Positions 27,063 through 37,986 of a stretch of DNA of 64,000 nucleotides are shown here, piece after piece (the stretch's first letter is position 1; the number at the start of each line of letters is the position of its first letter). The DNA lies in the NCBI GenBank assembly GCA_017499595.2, contig CM039004.1, positions 248,001 through 312,000 of the forward strand. Direction: 5' to 3'. The translations under genes and the position numbers were made by a program. This DNA comes from Psilocybe cubensis (lineage: Eukaryota). Under the pieces are notes generated by a model, which was not told where the DNA came from, made no database searches, and saw nothing but the letters and a program-made list of their open reading frames with translations.

Positions 27063-27240
27063 ATAGGACTCTTATATCACACCGTTTCACTTTGGATGCA
27101 AACACAATATTTTTTTAAAGCACACTATATACACATAAATGGTGATAGTCCCAGCACAACAAGCAAACAGATAGGAACGGCGAGATGATGGCAAATGGGA
27201 CAGCAAGGTGATAACAAAAGTTCAGAGCCAAAAAAAAACA

Positions 27241-28588
27241 CTACACCCCCTTGAGTTCAACATTTCCGGCGTCAAGAGCCTCTTGGAAGGCGGCATAAGC
27301 GGCACCCTCAGAATCGCACCTCCTGTAAACAGATCCCCTGACTCCAGTGACAAGGGGGGAGACATTATGCCTGTAACTGTATTTCAGCAAAAAAGAAAAG
27401 AAAACCCATCCGAGTTACATACCAGCCAGTAAACACGCCAACTCGCTTTCCTTTAGTCACAACATAGTAAGGCTCTGGGGTATGGGAATAAATTTGTGTT
27501 TGACAAGTAGGACAAAATCTTGCTGCATTGTGGGCAGCGGCAATGGGGGCGGCTGCAACGTGGGTGGCAGCGACGGGGGATGCGGCGACAGGGGCGGCTG
27601 CAACGTGGGCGGCTGCAACGTGGGCTGTTGCGACGGGGGCTGCTGCAACGGGGGCTGCTGCAACGGGGGCTGCTGCAACGGGGGCTGCTGCAACGGGGGC
27701 TGCTGCAACGGGGGCTGCTGCAACGGTGGCTGCTGCAACGGGGTTGGCTAAGAGAGTGGGGAAAGCCCCAGTAGCAGAGGCAGGTGCGACAGAGGAGGCC
27801 AATTCAAAAGCCACGTCAGATACCATGGCATCATCAGCTACGTCAGAGACGTAGGAAAGACTGCCTTCGTCGTCGCTGTCCTCAACAAAAATACAGACAT
27901 TAGCGCTGGTGAGAGGGGTACCATCTCCATGAGCTGCTTGGGTTGCAGCTCGAGCAGGGATTGAAACTAGATTAGGTAAACATAGATCAGGGATGTAGAG
28001 TAACGGGACTTGCCTGCGGGAATAGCGACCGGCTCTGTGAACAGTGCATCGATTACCGCATTGCGCTCAGCAGCACGGTTGTTGGAGGGATCTAAAAATT
28101 TAATTAGTCAAAGGGGAGCAACTATATCTGGTGATTGAACTTACGGATAGCTTTGGTCGGTCCTGGATCTGATCAAGTATATCAGTTAGAAATGAAAAGG
28201 GTATTTGTCAGCATAGATGCGCACAATTAGCTGGGGCGGTGTGGTCATCTGTAATGGTGAAGGGGAAAAAATGAGCCAAAGAAATAGGCGCGCATGAAGT
28301 CGACTTACCGATGAGCGTTGCGTTGTTGGGACGCGCATTTGAAAACTCGATGATCCCAAAACGACGAAGGCAGAAGACGATGGCCACAATGAGATTGCCC
28401 ATCGGGACATCGCCCACGCCGTTGTGAGTGACTATAGTATCAGTTAGTAACGTGGAATCACTTCTTGACAGGACATTACTGGGAAGTTCCAATGCTTCAA
28501 GAGCGGCGGAAATGGTGTTTATGTTCAGTTCCATCGTTTCTGCACTTTCCTCGCTGTGGTGGATGCTCTTGGATGGGGGAGGGGTCAT
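27241..28588 (-). CDS. Transposon cargo gene 4, RNase H1 N-terminal (Cauli_VI-like) domain protein with AAAPV repeats
   Basis: C-terminal PYYVVTKGKRVGVFTGW / ..MSPLVTGVRGSVYRRCDSEGAAYAAFQEALDAGNVELKGV* matches the YxVxxGrxxGvfxxW pattern; preceded by CPTC and an Ala/Pro/Val repeat; start MTPPPSKS at 28588. Confidence 0.75.
27533..27745 (-). repeat. 15-bp coding minisatellite (GCAGCAGCCCCCGTT; AAAPV), about 13 degenerate units
   Basis: Directly visible tandem GGGGGCTGCTGCAAC on the + strand. Confidence 0.95.
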
Positions 28589-28941
28589 TTTTCAGCTCAG
28601 TGAGTGAGAATCTCTGAAGGTTGAGTTGGGGTATATATGGGAACACTGTTTTTATTTGAATCGATGGACAACTGTACAGTAGCTCGGTAAACGGCTGAGA
28701 TGCCGAATTGGTAAGCCAAGCCACAGATCGGATGTAGATTTTGGTAGTCACGGGGCTGGGAGTCGGGAAGAAGGCGCTGAGGAAGGGAGCACTCATCCAG
28801 TCCAGAGGATTAATTGACATACGATGTAGGCGCCTCAAAAAATATATTTGGTATATGTTACTGATATATTCTTAGATTACTTATTCTTAGAACATATCAC
28901 CGGTACTTTTAAAATCTGCGATATTGTTTTGCCGTGCCAAG

Positions 28942-31900
28942 ATGCCGCCAGCGCCGTGGGCCGTGCCCGACCAAATCGAGTTCATGTCCACTCGATTGCC
29001 ACAATTCCAGGATGCTCAACGAAATAAAACTATAGCCGAGTTCTGGGTGAAGCTATATGCTGAATTCTTTTTAAGGTGGAAAGGGCCTGAGGATGAAGTT
29101 CAGCCCAATTCGGTTCAGCCAAAGAAACGTAAGAAAGACAATCAAAAGTTACCTCAAACATCGACGCCGATCGAGTTAGATCATGCTGCATGGATTAAGC
29201 TACGGAAGACGGTGAGTTCTATGTCATCTTTCTTTGATTTCATTCAATCAATGTCTAACGAATTCTATTTCTGACCAATTCCATGCCTAACCAATTCCAC
29301 GCCTAACTAATTCCACACCTAACCAATACCAGCAAATTGCTAATTGGTTTAATAACCGGGGAAAAGGGAGCGAGAACCGGCGGCAAGGCCCCGCCATTGT
29401 GATTGGATCTGCAGGGCCCAGTCAACGCGCCCTCTCCGAGCTGAATGTCTACTCAAAGCGGTACTACAACGAAAAAATACGTTCTCGTGTGGAAAAAGAG
29501 CTCAAAAAACACAGTGGCCCCGCCCATATCGCTCTTATCAACAAGTGTATCAGCGAGGCATGGGATATGGAGTCCAAAGATGTCAAGGAGGAGATTCGCG
29601 CAGAGACAAAGAGGTTGAAGGTGTTATTGAAGGAAGATCGCTCTGAAAATACTGAACAACCGACTCCTCAGGAATACGCCAAGTGTGTTTGTTTGGTTGC
29701 ATTGCTTCAATTATTGTTGAATTACTAACCAATTACATTATTTTAGAGCAATTATGGAGGCTCCAGGACAAATTACGAGCTTTCTTCAAGAAATGTACAA
29801 ACGCACTGGCTGGTGCCTGAGTGTGATAGCCGGCGGCCCTGATCCCTCCCGTCAAGGAAAGATTCGGACTATCAGTATTCATATGGGAAAGGACAAATTT
29901 GACCAATTTTACTTGTGCGCCTATCCAGACTTTCAGGAAAATGTGTTGGGTTCATATCGCAGTTATTTATACAATGTATACTGTGAGTACGCTATCTGCT
30001 TAAAGAATGAACAGACTCACAAGGCGTTATATATATAGCTCAGACTGACAGAGATAATCGCGCCCTCTCTGGGACAAAGCCTATAGCGAGCATGAAAATG
30101 GGTGAAGGTGGAATCATGGACGACTGCGAGGACGATTCCGGTGCCACCAGTCAAATGGAGGTTGAAGCACCAACAATTGAAGGGGAAGAAGATGGCGCAA
30201 AATTGACTGCGCCTGACGGCCAGAACGATATGCCAGCTGTAGCAACCGGGGCAACTATGTTCTCTGGAAGCATGACCAGAGAGTCTTGCCATGGTGCTGC
30301 ACCAACTCCCGATTCTAATTCCACCAGTCAAATGGAGGTTGAAGCACCGACAATTGTAGGGAAAGAAGATGGCGCAAAATTAACTGCTCCCGATGGCCAG
30401 AACAATACGCCAACTGTAGCGACTGAGGCAACTGTTTTCTCTGGAAGCATGACCACAGAGTCTTGCTATGGTACTGCACCAACTCCTGCAATGGATGCTC
30501 TACAAAATTCTGTCACAGGCCCAGACAAAAGCCTCCCGGTTTCTTTGCTGGGAAACCCCCTGAACGGTATGGAGATGGACGGAGAGAAGTTGTATGAAGA
30601 AGAAGATAGGGTACTTTCGTTTATGGAACTGTTGAAAGAGGATGGGGGTTACGACCCACAGAGAGACTCGATGCTTCAAATTTCGATGAACAATGGGTTC
30701 TTTTCAGACTATCAGTTTTGGGGCAACACGCAGGAGAACAGAACATTTCAAGTACCTACAACAGAAATGCCAATGGCCTGGGTTTCTGGTCACAAAGCTA
30801 ATGCTTCTTTGAACGTACAAGCACCCCTTGATGCCTTTCCAACCATCCCAATGTCAGCCAACAATCCAAATGGTCACGGCCCCTCTTTTTATCACCAGGA
30901 GGGCCCTATTACTCCGACAGCTGGATCTCAGCTTTTAGCCCAGCCGGCAGTGATGTGCGCACCATATATCGTTCAACCAGCAATGTTGCCAACAACATCC
31001 AACCAAAGTTATGCTCATTCGAACACTTCGTCGGCAATACCATTGCCTGCGCCGCAGCAACTGATGTCCTCAGCACTGATGAATCATCAACTGGGTCCCG
31101 AATCCCAAAATCCGCCATCTTTGAGATTTTCTGATGTCCCGGCGATGGGAATGCCACATGCCGGGTATCTGTTGGCGTCAATGGGTTATACCAACCCTGC
31201 TATATTCTCCCAGCTCGTCCAAGCTACTCCCAATCCATATGGGTCTGGCCACCACAACACTACCATACCCCAGATAGTCCAAGGACAAGCACATGTGGGT
31301 GTGAATGCTTCTGGCGCTGCACAGGAACCAAGAACATCAGCAGCAACTAGCCATCCAGAACTCACGGCCTCACTGCACCCTCCGCAAACACGCCCGTCTA
31401 CGTCGGAGAAGCAACAAGGAAATCCGGTAACGGGGGCGCATCCAGCATCCTGCGACACTGTGTCCAAGGAGAGCAATTGTACAACAGCAGCAGGGACAAT
31501 GATAGTCCCCAGCCCATCAGTTGCTCAGGCTTTGAAACCACCTATTTTGAATGTGATGAATGCTGATATGCAGCTTGACATTGTTGATGATGGTGGACGC
31601 CGAGCTCGAAAAGCAGCAACATCAAGGAATGTCCCGATGCAGCAAATGTGGAGAGCAGCGGCACTGGAGCACCTTATGATGCCTGAGATTGATACTGAGA
31701 AATGGAAATTGTGTGTAAAGGCTTGGGTTGCATTTGAGGATTCGCAATGCGACGCCATTGAAACAAGTTTGGTAAGAGGTTTTAGAGCTGTAACAGAATC
31801 TTGACGCTTACCGCAATACCAGCTCCGATTCCCCGCTGCAACAAGGCCAGTGGCCCTGACCAAATGGTTATCAACTCGTAAGTATGGAAATGCTCCTGAT

Positions 31901-32248
31901 GTTGGAGTCAAATTTGGGGACGAGTGGGTAACCTGGTGGAACAACAGTCAGCCTAAATGGAGGCAGAGCTCGGAGGCTGGAAAGCTGCCACAATGCCTGT
32001 CTGTTGCTGGCGGGAAAGATAGCATCAATGTGTTGAAGAAAGGAGGTCCAAACGGCTTGGTAACGGTGATGATTGGGTTGAGGTGGTGGGCGAAACATCG
32101 ACACTCCGACCCAAGATGGGAGGAAGCCGTTGAAGACATCCTTGCTGTATTCCAAGCATTCCAAGAAGTCGCTAAAGTGACCAAAAAGCGCAAGGGGAAT
32201 GAGCAAAACATCAAGGTGAAGTCAAATGTCAAGAGGAAGAAGACATGA
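28942..32248 (+). CDS. Transposon cargo gene 5, large protein with putative homeodomain/HMG-like N-terminal region, low-complexity middle and Trp-rich C-terminal domain
   Basis: MPPAPWA...FFLRWK...QIANWFNNRG; YSKRYYNEKI...AWDMESKDVKEEI; RTGWCLSVIAGGPDP; C-terminal WVTWWNNSQPKWR...KGGPNGLVTVMIGLRWW...WEEAVED; 177-bp internal duplication at 30144/30321. Domain names are inferred from motifs. Confidence 0.75.
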
Positions 32249-32399
32249 ATACAATGTGGCTCTCTTTGTCCGTTCCCACGCAACCGATCTAATGTTTTTT
32301 GCGCAGTTCTTTTGAACAAAAGATAAGTTTCTTGATCGTTGATCTACTCGATACAATATATTTTCTTGGAATAAAATGCAATATAGAATTGATACACAT

Positions 32400-32980
32400 G
32401 TGCGATGGACAATCCAGTTGTGATCAATAAAGTTCAATGGGTAAATTGGCTGATTCAGAGGTCCTGGCGATTGAGCGGTTTGATTGACAAAGAATAGAGT
32501 GGATGAAAGATAATTAGTAATCTGGTGAATATCTGTGGTAGATGGACAAACGGAGAGGGAGTGCTGCTGGGTATTGGGCAGCGCTATAAGCTCGCTAGGT
32601 CTCTTGTTGATGGATGAATGTCCTTGGAAACGGATGAGCGGGATAGATGGACAATGTGCACGTATTTTATGCTGAACCAAACCGCACGCTCTTGCAATGA
32701 TTGATAAAAGGTACGACGGATGATAATACCGACGTTCACCAGACATTGACAAAATGTAAGCGGATGAATGAGAATGGATCGACAACCGCACTATGTATCG
32801 ATGACCCACCATAGGTCATAGAAATGATGGACAACCTCATGATAATTGCACATGGGTCATTTATCCATAAATCCACTGTAGAGGAACGGTAAATATGGCG
32901 GGCATGATGGACGAGTTTACAGGAGGATGGATCTATGGACAACGTAATGGAAATGGATAACCCAAGAGGTATGGACAAGA
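32400..32980 (-). repeat. Right subterminal array of the same 9-bp motif in opposite orientation (GAT(G/T)GACAA)
   Basis: Copies near 32404, 32482, 32541, 32646, 32777, 32827, 32933, 32970 (some with one mismatch). Confidence 0.8.
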
Positions 32981-34339
32981 AGGATACGAGAAGGATTGTC
33001 TTTCGACAGAGCGGCTACCATCGACAAATAATATGAGTATGAAAAATGTCGCTGGGGCAGGCATGATAGTAAGGCCTGTAGTATGGTTGGTGGGCATCGA
33101 CAATCTCACTGTGCATAAACAATGCCACAGGCCTTGCTAGGTATGCGAGTTATAGATGAGGATTGTCACTGTACTGCAATGGTTTATACATTATCACGGT
33201 TGTATCTGGTGGCATCTTCCATGTCCAGCAACATACACACCTCACTGGAAAGTTTTGATTAAGCCACCTGGTTGCATTGTCACCGAGAATCCCACCACTC
33301 GCTCTCGTGCTTCACCATACAGACCAGCGACACTGATCGAAGCTTATTGGTAGTTTCATTGCTTGTTTACCTTTCCATGACACGTCGCTTTTCACTATCT
33401 AACAGGGCCCCTCACCTCTTATTGGACCATCGACGAATTGGAAGGCTCGGTGCAGTTACAAATGCGCTAACATTCAGACTTCCAGACATGGATCAAAACG
33501 GCCCTTACATCCACGGTGTGTTTGGCTCTGGGACACGATGCGCTTGCACTGGAAACCACAAAAAAAGCAGTTGGCCGAACCGCGTACATCCGATGCCAAA
33601 TGTTCGGACCAAGAGGGCTGGTGGTATGAAGTTGAAATGGCGCGTAAATGAATGGGTAAGTGAGTTCACCATTGCCTTGGGTCTGCTTATCTCCGGGACG
33701 CAACACGCTGGCTCTGGAGACTACGAAGTGGGATTAGATGACTTACAAGCCAGGGGATCGCTGAGGGATGTGCAAAGCAATGAAGGAGAACCCTTGAGAA
33801 GATGAATGCATGGGTAGGGAGTGAGGGTGAGTAGAGTGAGTTAAACGAGGCCTCTTTTTACGTTTTGTGGAAAGCTCGCTGTACGCAATGTCTGTTACAT
33901 CTATCCCTCCAATGTCCACCAAAACTCTCTGAGAGATACCAATCGACTCGGCTGTATGTGTACTTGGTGAGTTGTGTCTCGAGTCGGGACGGTGCGGGAT
34001 CCTTGACTTTCAGTCTATGTTAGGCTAAAACCCGGGCCTTCTGAATAATCTGGGATATTTCGATGTACGTGGTGAGTGCTCTAGGTTCCTTGAATTAACG
34101 AGTCTGTGAATTAGGGTATTCCCAGACTTGGAAAGGCAGTATGTACCTCAATAGAATGATTTGAAGGTTTGTTTGCGCTAAAATCACGTATTTATATTTC
34201 TTTTTTAGGCAATTTCATGAAAACAGCATGTATTACAATACAATTTTAAGTGCGTTCAGTGAAAAGTACATGTGCGTAGTTTTCCATCTAGAAGCACTCC
34301 GAATTAGAAATTCCCCAGCCGATGCTCCACGAATCCTTC

Positions 34340-34975
34340 TCAATTCAAGCATTGGGAATAGTAGTGGTTTGAAATCTGGCATGTTCCCTGTGTGCAACAT
34401 GTTTTTAATTTTTCGTGTAGTCAACGATGGTTCGTGAAGCTGCTGCCTGCAGTTACCATGATGACTCCGCGGTAGGTCCAGGGCCCAAGTGCACTGGTGC
34501 TAGTATCGCATCGAATATCCTCAGAGCAACAGTGTGCAGCGTAGATCAAGTGGAATGGGCCGGTGATGGTATTGTTGACTCCAATGCCGATGGCCATTGT
34601 CGAGGTGGTATGATGGCGGATTGGAACGTACATGTAGAATTTGTTGTTTCGTGGGATGCCCTGGGGAACCCAGGCATTTTCGACTGCCCAAAGAGAAGTC
34701 TGCAAGGCTTAGGGGTGACCCATGATCCTGACAGTTAGCCATGTCCACTGTCGAGAAGAGACGCCAATCGGTCATGTTAAAATAGGTGACCCCATCATTG
34801 TCATGGTTCATGAAAACATAGAGCCGGTTGTTATATACGAGAGGTGCGGGGTCTGCCGTGTAAATGGTTTGCACAGAAGGGTTATTGGCTCGAGCAATGT
34901 CTATACCAATCCCGTCAAATAGAGCACCGAAAAATAACTATCCAGCTAGAGTGGAAGGTAGGCGAGTAGGTACAT
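34340..34975 (-). pseudogene. GH43 glycoside hydrolase (CBM6/CBM1-type) remnant with internal deletions
   Basis: [22 protein letters not shown]...[25 protein letters not shown]...NNKFYMYVP, then a jump to [13 protein letters not shown]...GPWTYRGVIM...SFTNH, then a jump to the CBM1 tail TCCTQGTCQISNHYYSQCLN*; frameshifts. Confidence 0.85.
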
Positions 34976-35015
34976 TTAAAGGGACATACAATCCTCGAGG
35001 TATAAATGAATGGGG

Positions 35016-37056
35016 AAGGACAACCTCATCAGATTAGGTCCTTCAATGTGATGCTTGTTTGTGTCATTAATTGCCAAGTTATATAAAGCGTCAGAGGGTC
35101 AGCCAGCAAACAAATAGGCAGCCCTGTAACTTCGTTTCTGAAGGGCTCCTGTGCCAACAGAAAGTAACACAGGGTAGGGAAAAAATGAGAAAATTCAGAG
35201 CATAAGTGCGAATGGCACGCGACTTCACACTCTGTCTCCGATTGTAGAGGATATTTTGTACATGTATATTCTGATTCACAAATAGGGTGGGATGGCGGTT
35301 GTGGTGTCGGTGTTCAAACACGCGTGAAGATCCAAAATTTCGCGAGTTTTAGTTTGATGTTTGGGAAGTCCAATGATAAACTTCACATAGCGTATATCTC
35401 AAAAAGAAAGGGATTGCAAGTTATAAATTAAATCTATTTATTGCATACTAATTTGATCACAATGCTACCAAAACATCGCTATCCGACTAAATTTTGTCTC
35501 GAAGACGCCTATTATAGCCCTCGAGCCATCGTGGAGGGTGTGCGCAGAATTCTCACGCACCCGGCCATCGATATCGCGGTAGTATAAGCCGGAAGAAAAC
35601 AGGTGAGCGCTGACGCATCACCTTTGTCTACCAGCTCGACCCTCGATGACTCCCTCGTTCCCTACAGTCGCTGCAGTCCCGCGCTGAAGCACATCTCGCA
35701 CCTGTGAAAAGTGTCAAGGTACTTGTCAGATTGTTTATTTGTGAGGGAACGAACAGAACACTTACGGTATAGAAGAGGCCGGTTTGAGGGACTTGATGAT
35801 TGATGAGATTCGGGCGTATATGCCACGGCTTCTTGTAATGGCGAGAATCTTGTTTGCGTTGATAATCCTGAAGAAGAGGGTTCGTATAGAACGAAGTGTA
35901 AACGTCTCGTCTGAATCCTTCATTCTAAAGGACAAAAAACTTCAATGACCACATACCTCTGGAACGCGCTGTTTTTTATGTTGAAATTTCTGGTCAACAT
36001 CTACTGCTGGAGAAGGCGCAGGTACACATACCTTCCATGTGCGTTGCGCTCACTGCAATCGTGCTCGACAGGGTGATCCCCGGAGCATTGATCCTTGACG
36101 GTTTGCTGTTCGCCTGTGGATAACTGATTGTTACCTAAACCTTCTCCAATAGTATGTGAGACTAGCAGGAATCATGAGTCGATAAGCCCAAAATCACAAT
36201 ATATCAGGACATACAGGTTTCGTTGTCGTTTGTAAACTGATTTCTTGAGTTTGGCAAGGAGGACTGCGGCATGAAACGCTGACTGTTCTCAATGCTGAAC
36301 TCATTAGCGGTCGCATATGGATCATGCATGCCATGTCCATAATATCTATAGATTCTTAGCATATGCGAAATTGATTCGCGAGCAATGCTTACGATTGTGA
36401 GGGCCTAGCGTCGAGCCCATAGTCTGATTTGCGGTAGGGAACATAACTGTGTATCCTAGGTATGTTGAGTCCCATCGATTGCTATCGCAAGTGCTCAGGC
36501 ACTATGCCTAAACGAGAAGAAGAACATTTCTTCTCGGCAATGGCGTCCCATTGTTCTTTTCTCATGTGTGAAAAAAAGACCGGTACGGGATCACCATCGC
36601 AAGTATCTGCTACCGACGGTGACTCCATCGTATCAGATTTCTCGGGTTGACACGGGTATCAGGTGTCAGACGGGTTTATAAGAACGTCATACAGGATGTT
36701 CGTTGAAAAGACACATTTTTTTGGGTACCAGTCAGCATGTAACAGCCGTGTCAACAGCTTCACAATTTCTTCATATCTTGTTTAAACACAGATTGGATGC
36801 CGTCATTGGATTCACATATGTACGTCTATCAAATATTCTGAGCGAAGGCCCTCTTCACGGGCTCGCGAGTCCTACTACACGCATATCCACTCTATTGGCA
36901 CCAGGATATCCAGATACTCTCTGTTTGTCACAAATGATCTCAAACTGCCGATTTATCCATGATGTTTAACAATTCACATTCAGAACGTGTGCAATGCGGC
37001 CTAAGTGCAGGTACGATACTTTCAAGTACAAGTCGGAGCCGGCATATCTAGCCGAC
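35016..37056. repeat. Duplicated unit copy B (heavily deleted; orphan-gene pseudogene at about 35901-36430)
   Basis: Homologous blocks to copies A/C/D; first exons and last coding exon missing. Confidence 0.85.
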
Positions 37057-37057
37057 T

Positions 37058-37669
37058 TTGTTCCCCGGCGTCAACCCGGCCATTGAAGTGCACTGTGGAT
37101 TCTCTACTTTACAAGCCAAGTCAGTCCGCATTTATATTCGTGATGATATCACAGTCATGCCAATGCGCTAGGCTACTCTGTTAAATAGAACGGCGACGAC
37201 GATCTTGAAATGCGTCAAGAAAGGCATCTCAGCACACTCTGCTAAGAGAGTCACAATAGTCGGCCACTCACTCGGTAAGGAAACTTTTCGTTTATGGATT
37301 GTTATCGTCTCTGATATAAGAAAATGTGTGCCAGGCGGTGCACTTGCACTTCTTGATGGTGTTTACCTGCCTCTTCATATCACAGGCGTTGTATTCCGTG
37401 TGATTGGATACGGAATGCAACGCGTACGTATTGCAGCTCACTTGTAAAGCTGTAGACTGAGCACCCAATGCAGCACGGGTGATGTGCTCAACGTTTTTGT
37501 TGGAAATGTGGCTGACCATCACGGTCCGTACGGTGCTGTCAGCATGGACTGTTAAACTTGAGACGTATACCAGTAATACACGCAATACAATGTATCTTGT
37601 TCGCAATAGGGCCCATCTCATGATTCTCACCGCCTCTGCCGCTCTCCACGACCTTGGAATGAGAAAGAT
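37058..37669 (+). pseudogene. Duplicated 3' part of the lipase gene, internally deleted
   Basis: Matches about 12918-13320 and 13720-13930 (VTIVGHSLG, ALALLDGVYLPLHITGV, ADHHGPYG); no 5' exons. Confidence 0.9.
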
Positions 37670-37772
37670 CAAGGCGAATCGCCTGAGGCAGCGTTAGTCA
37701 TAGACATGACATCATTCATTCGGCCGATGCCGTGATGGGTACTTGATTTTAACCTTGCACGAAGTTGAATTG

Positions 37773-37986
37773 CACTGCTGGCGCTGATACATATTTGATA
37801 GAAAAATATGTATCGGTAATTATGTTTCCTATTGGTTTTTGACGTATTTTACTGGAATATAGGCTTCGGGCTTCCCTAATTGGGTAACCCCGGACTCTAT
37901 ATACGAGAAAAATATGTCAAAAACCAACAGGAAACATAATTACCAATACATATTTTTCTATCAAATATGTATCAGCGCCAGCAGTG
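37773..37986. mobile_element. 214-bp CACTA-type MITE
   Basis: About 78-bp TIRs starting CACTGCTGGCGCTGATACATATTTGATAG and ending ...CAGCGCCAGCAGTG; 3-bp TSD TTG (37770-37772, 37987-37989). Confidence 0.92.

Larger units (their letters stand above)
19510..33211 (+). mobile_element. 13,702-bp KDZ-family (CxC2-type) DNA transposon carrying five genes
   Basis: 8-bp direct repeat GCATCTTC at 19502-19509 and 33212-33219; empty sites TTAGCCGCATCCTCCATGGCCAGC (near 49584) and TCAGCCGCATCCTCCATGTCCAGC (near 54250); encodes a CxC2+KDZ transposase. Confidence 0.92.
14401..34398. repeat. Duplicated unit copy A (native parts 14401-17975, 19295-19509, 33220-34398; interrupted by two insertions)
   Basis: Collinear homology with 35016-37056, 45621-50058 and about 50560-54505; homology resumes directly on the far side of each insertion. 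Confidence 0.9.

Noticed and set aside
27457-27854. Cys/Gly-rich (GGCCN)n, (QQPPL)n and (TGAAA)n ORFs resembling metallothionein or antifreeze proteins
   Set aside because: Alternative frames of one 15-bp minisatellite; only the AAAPV frame connects to the downstream YYVVTKG domain.
19510-33211. TET/JBP dioxygenase cargo
   Set aside because: No segment resembling a 2OG-Fe(II) dioxygenase was recognised in any of the five genes.
33272-33805. 177-aa ORF
   Set aside because: Non-ATG start, spans duplicated non-coding sequence, and is not preserved in copies C or D.
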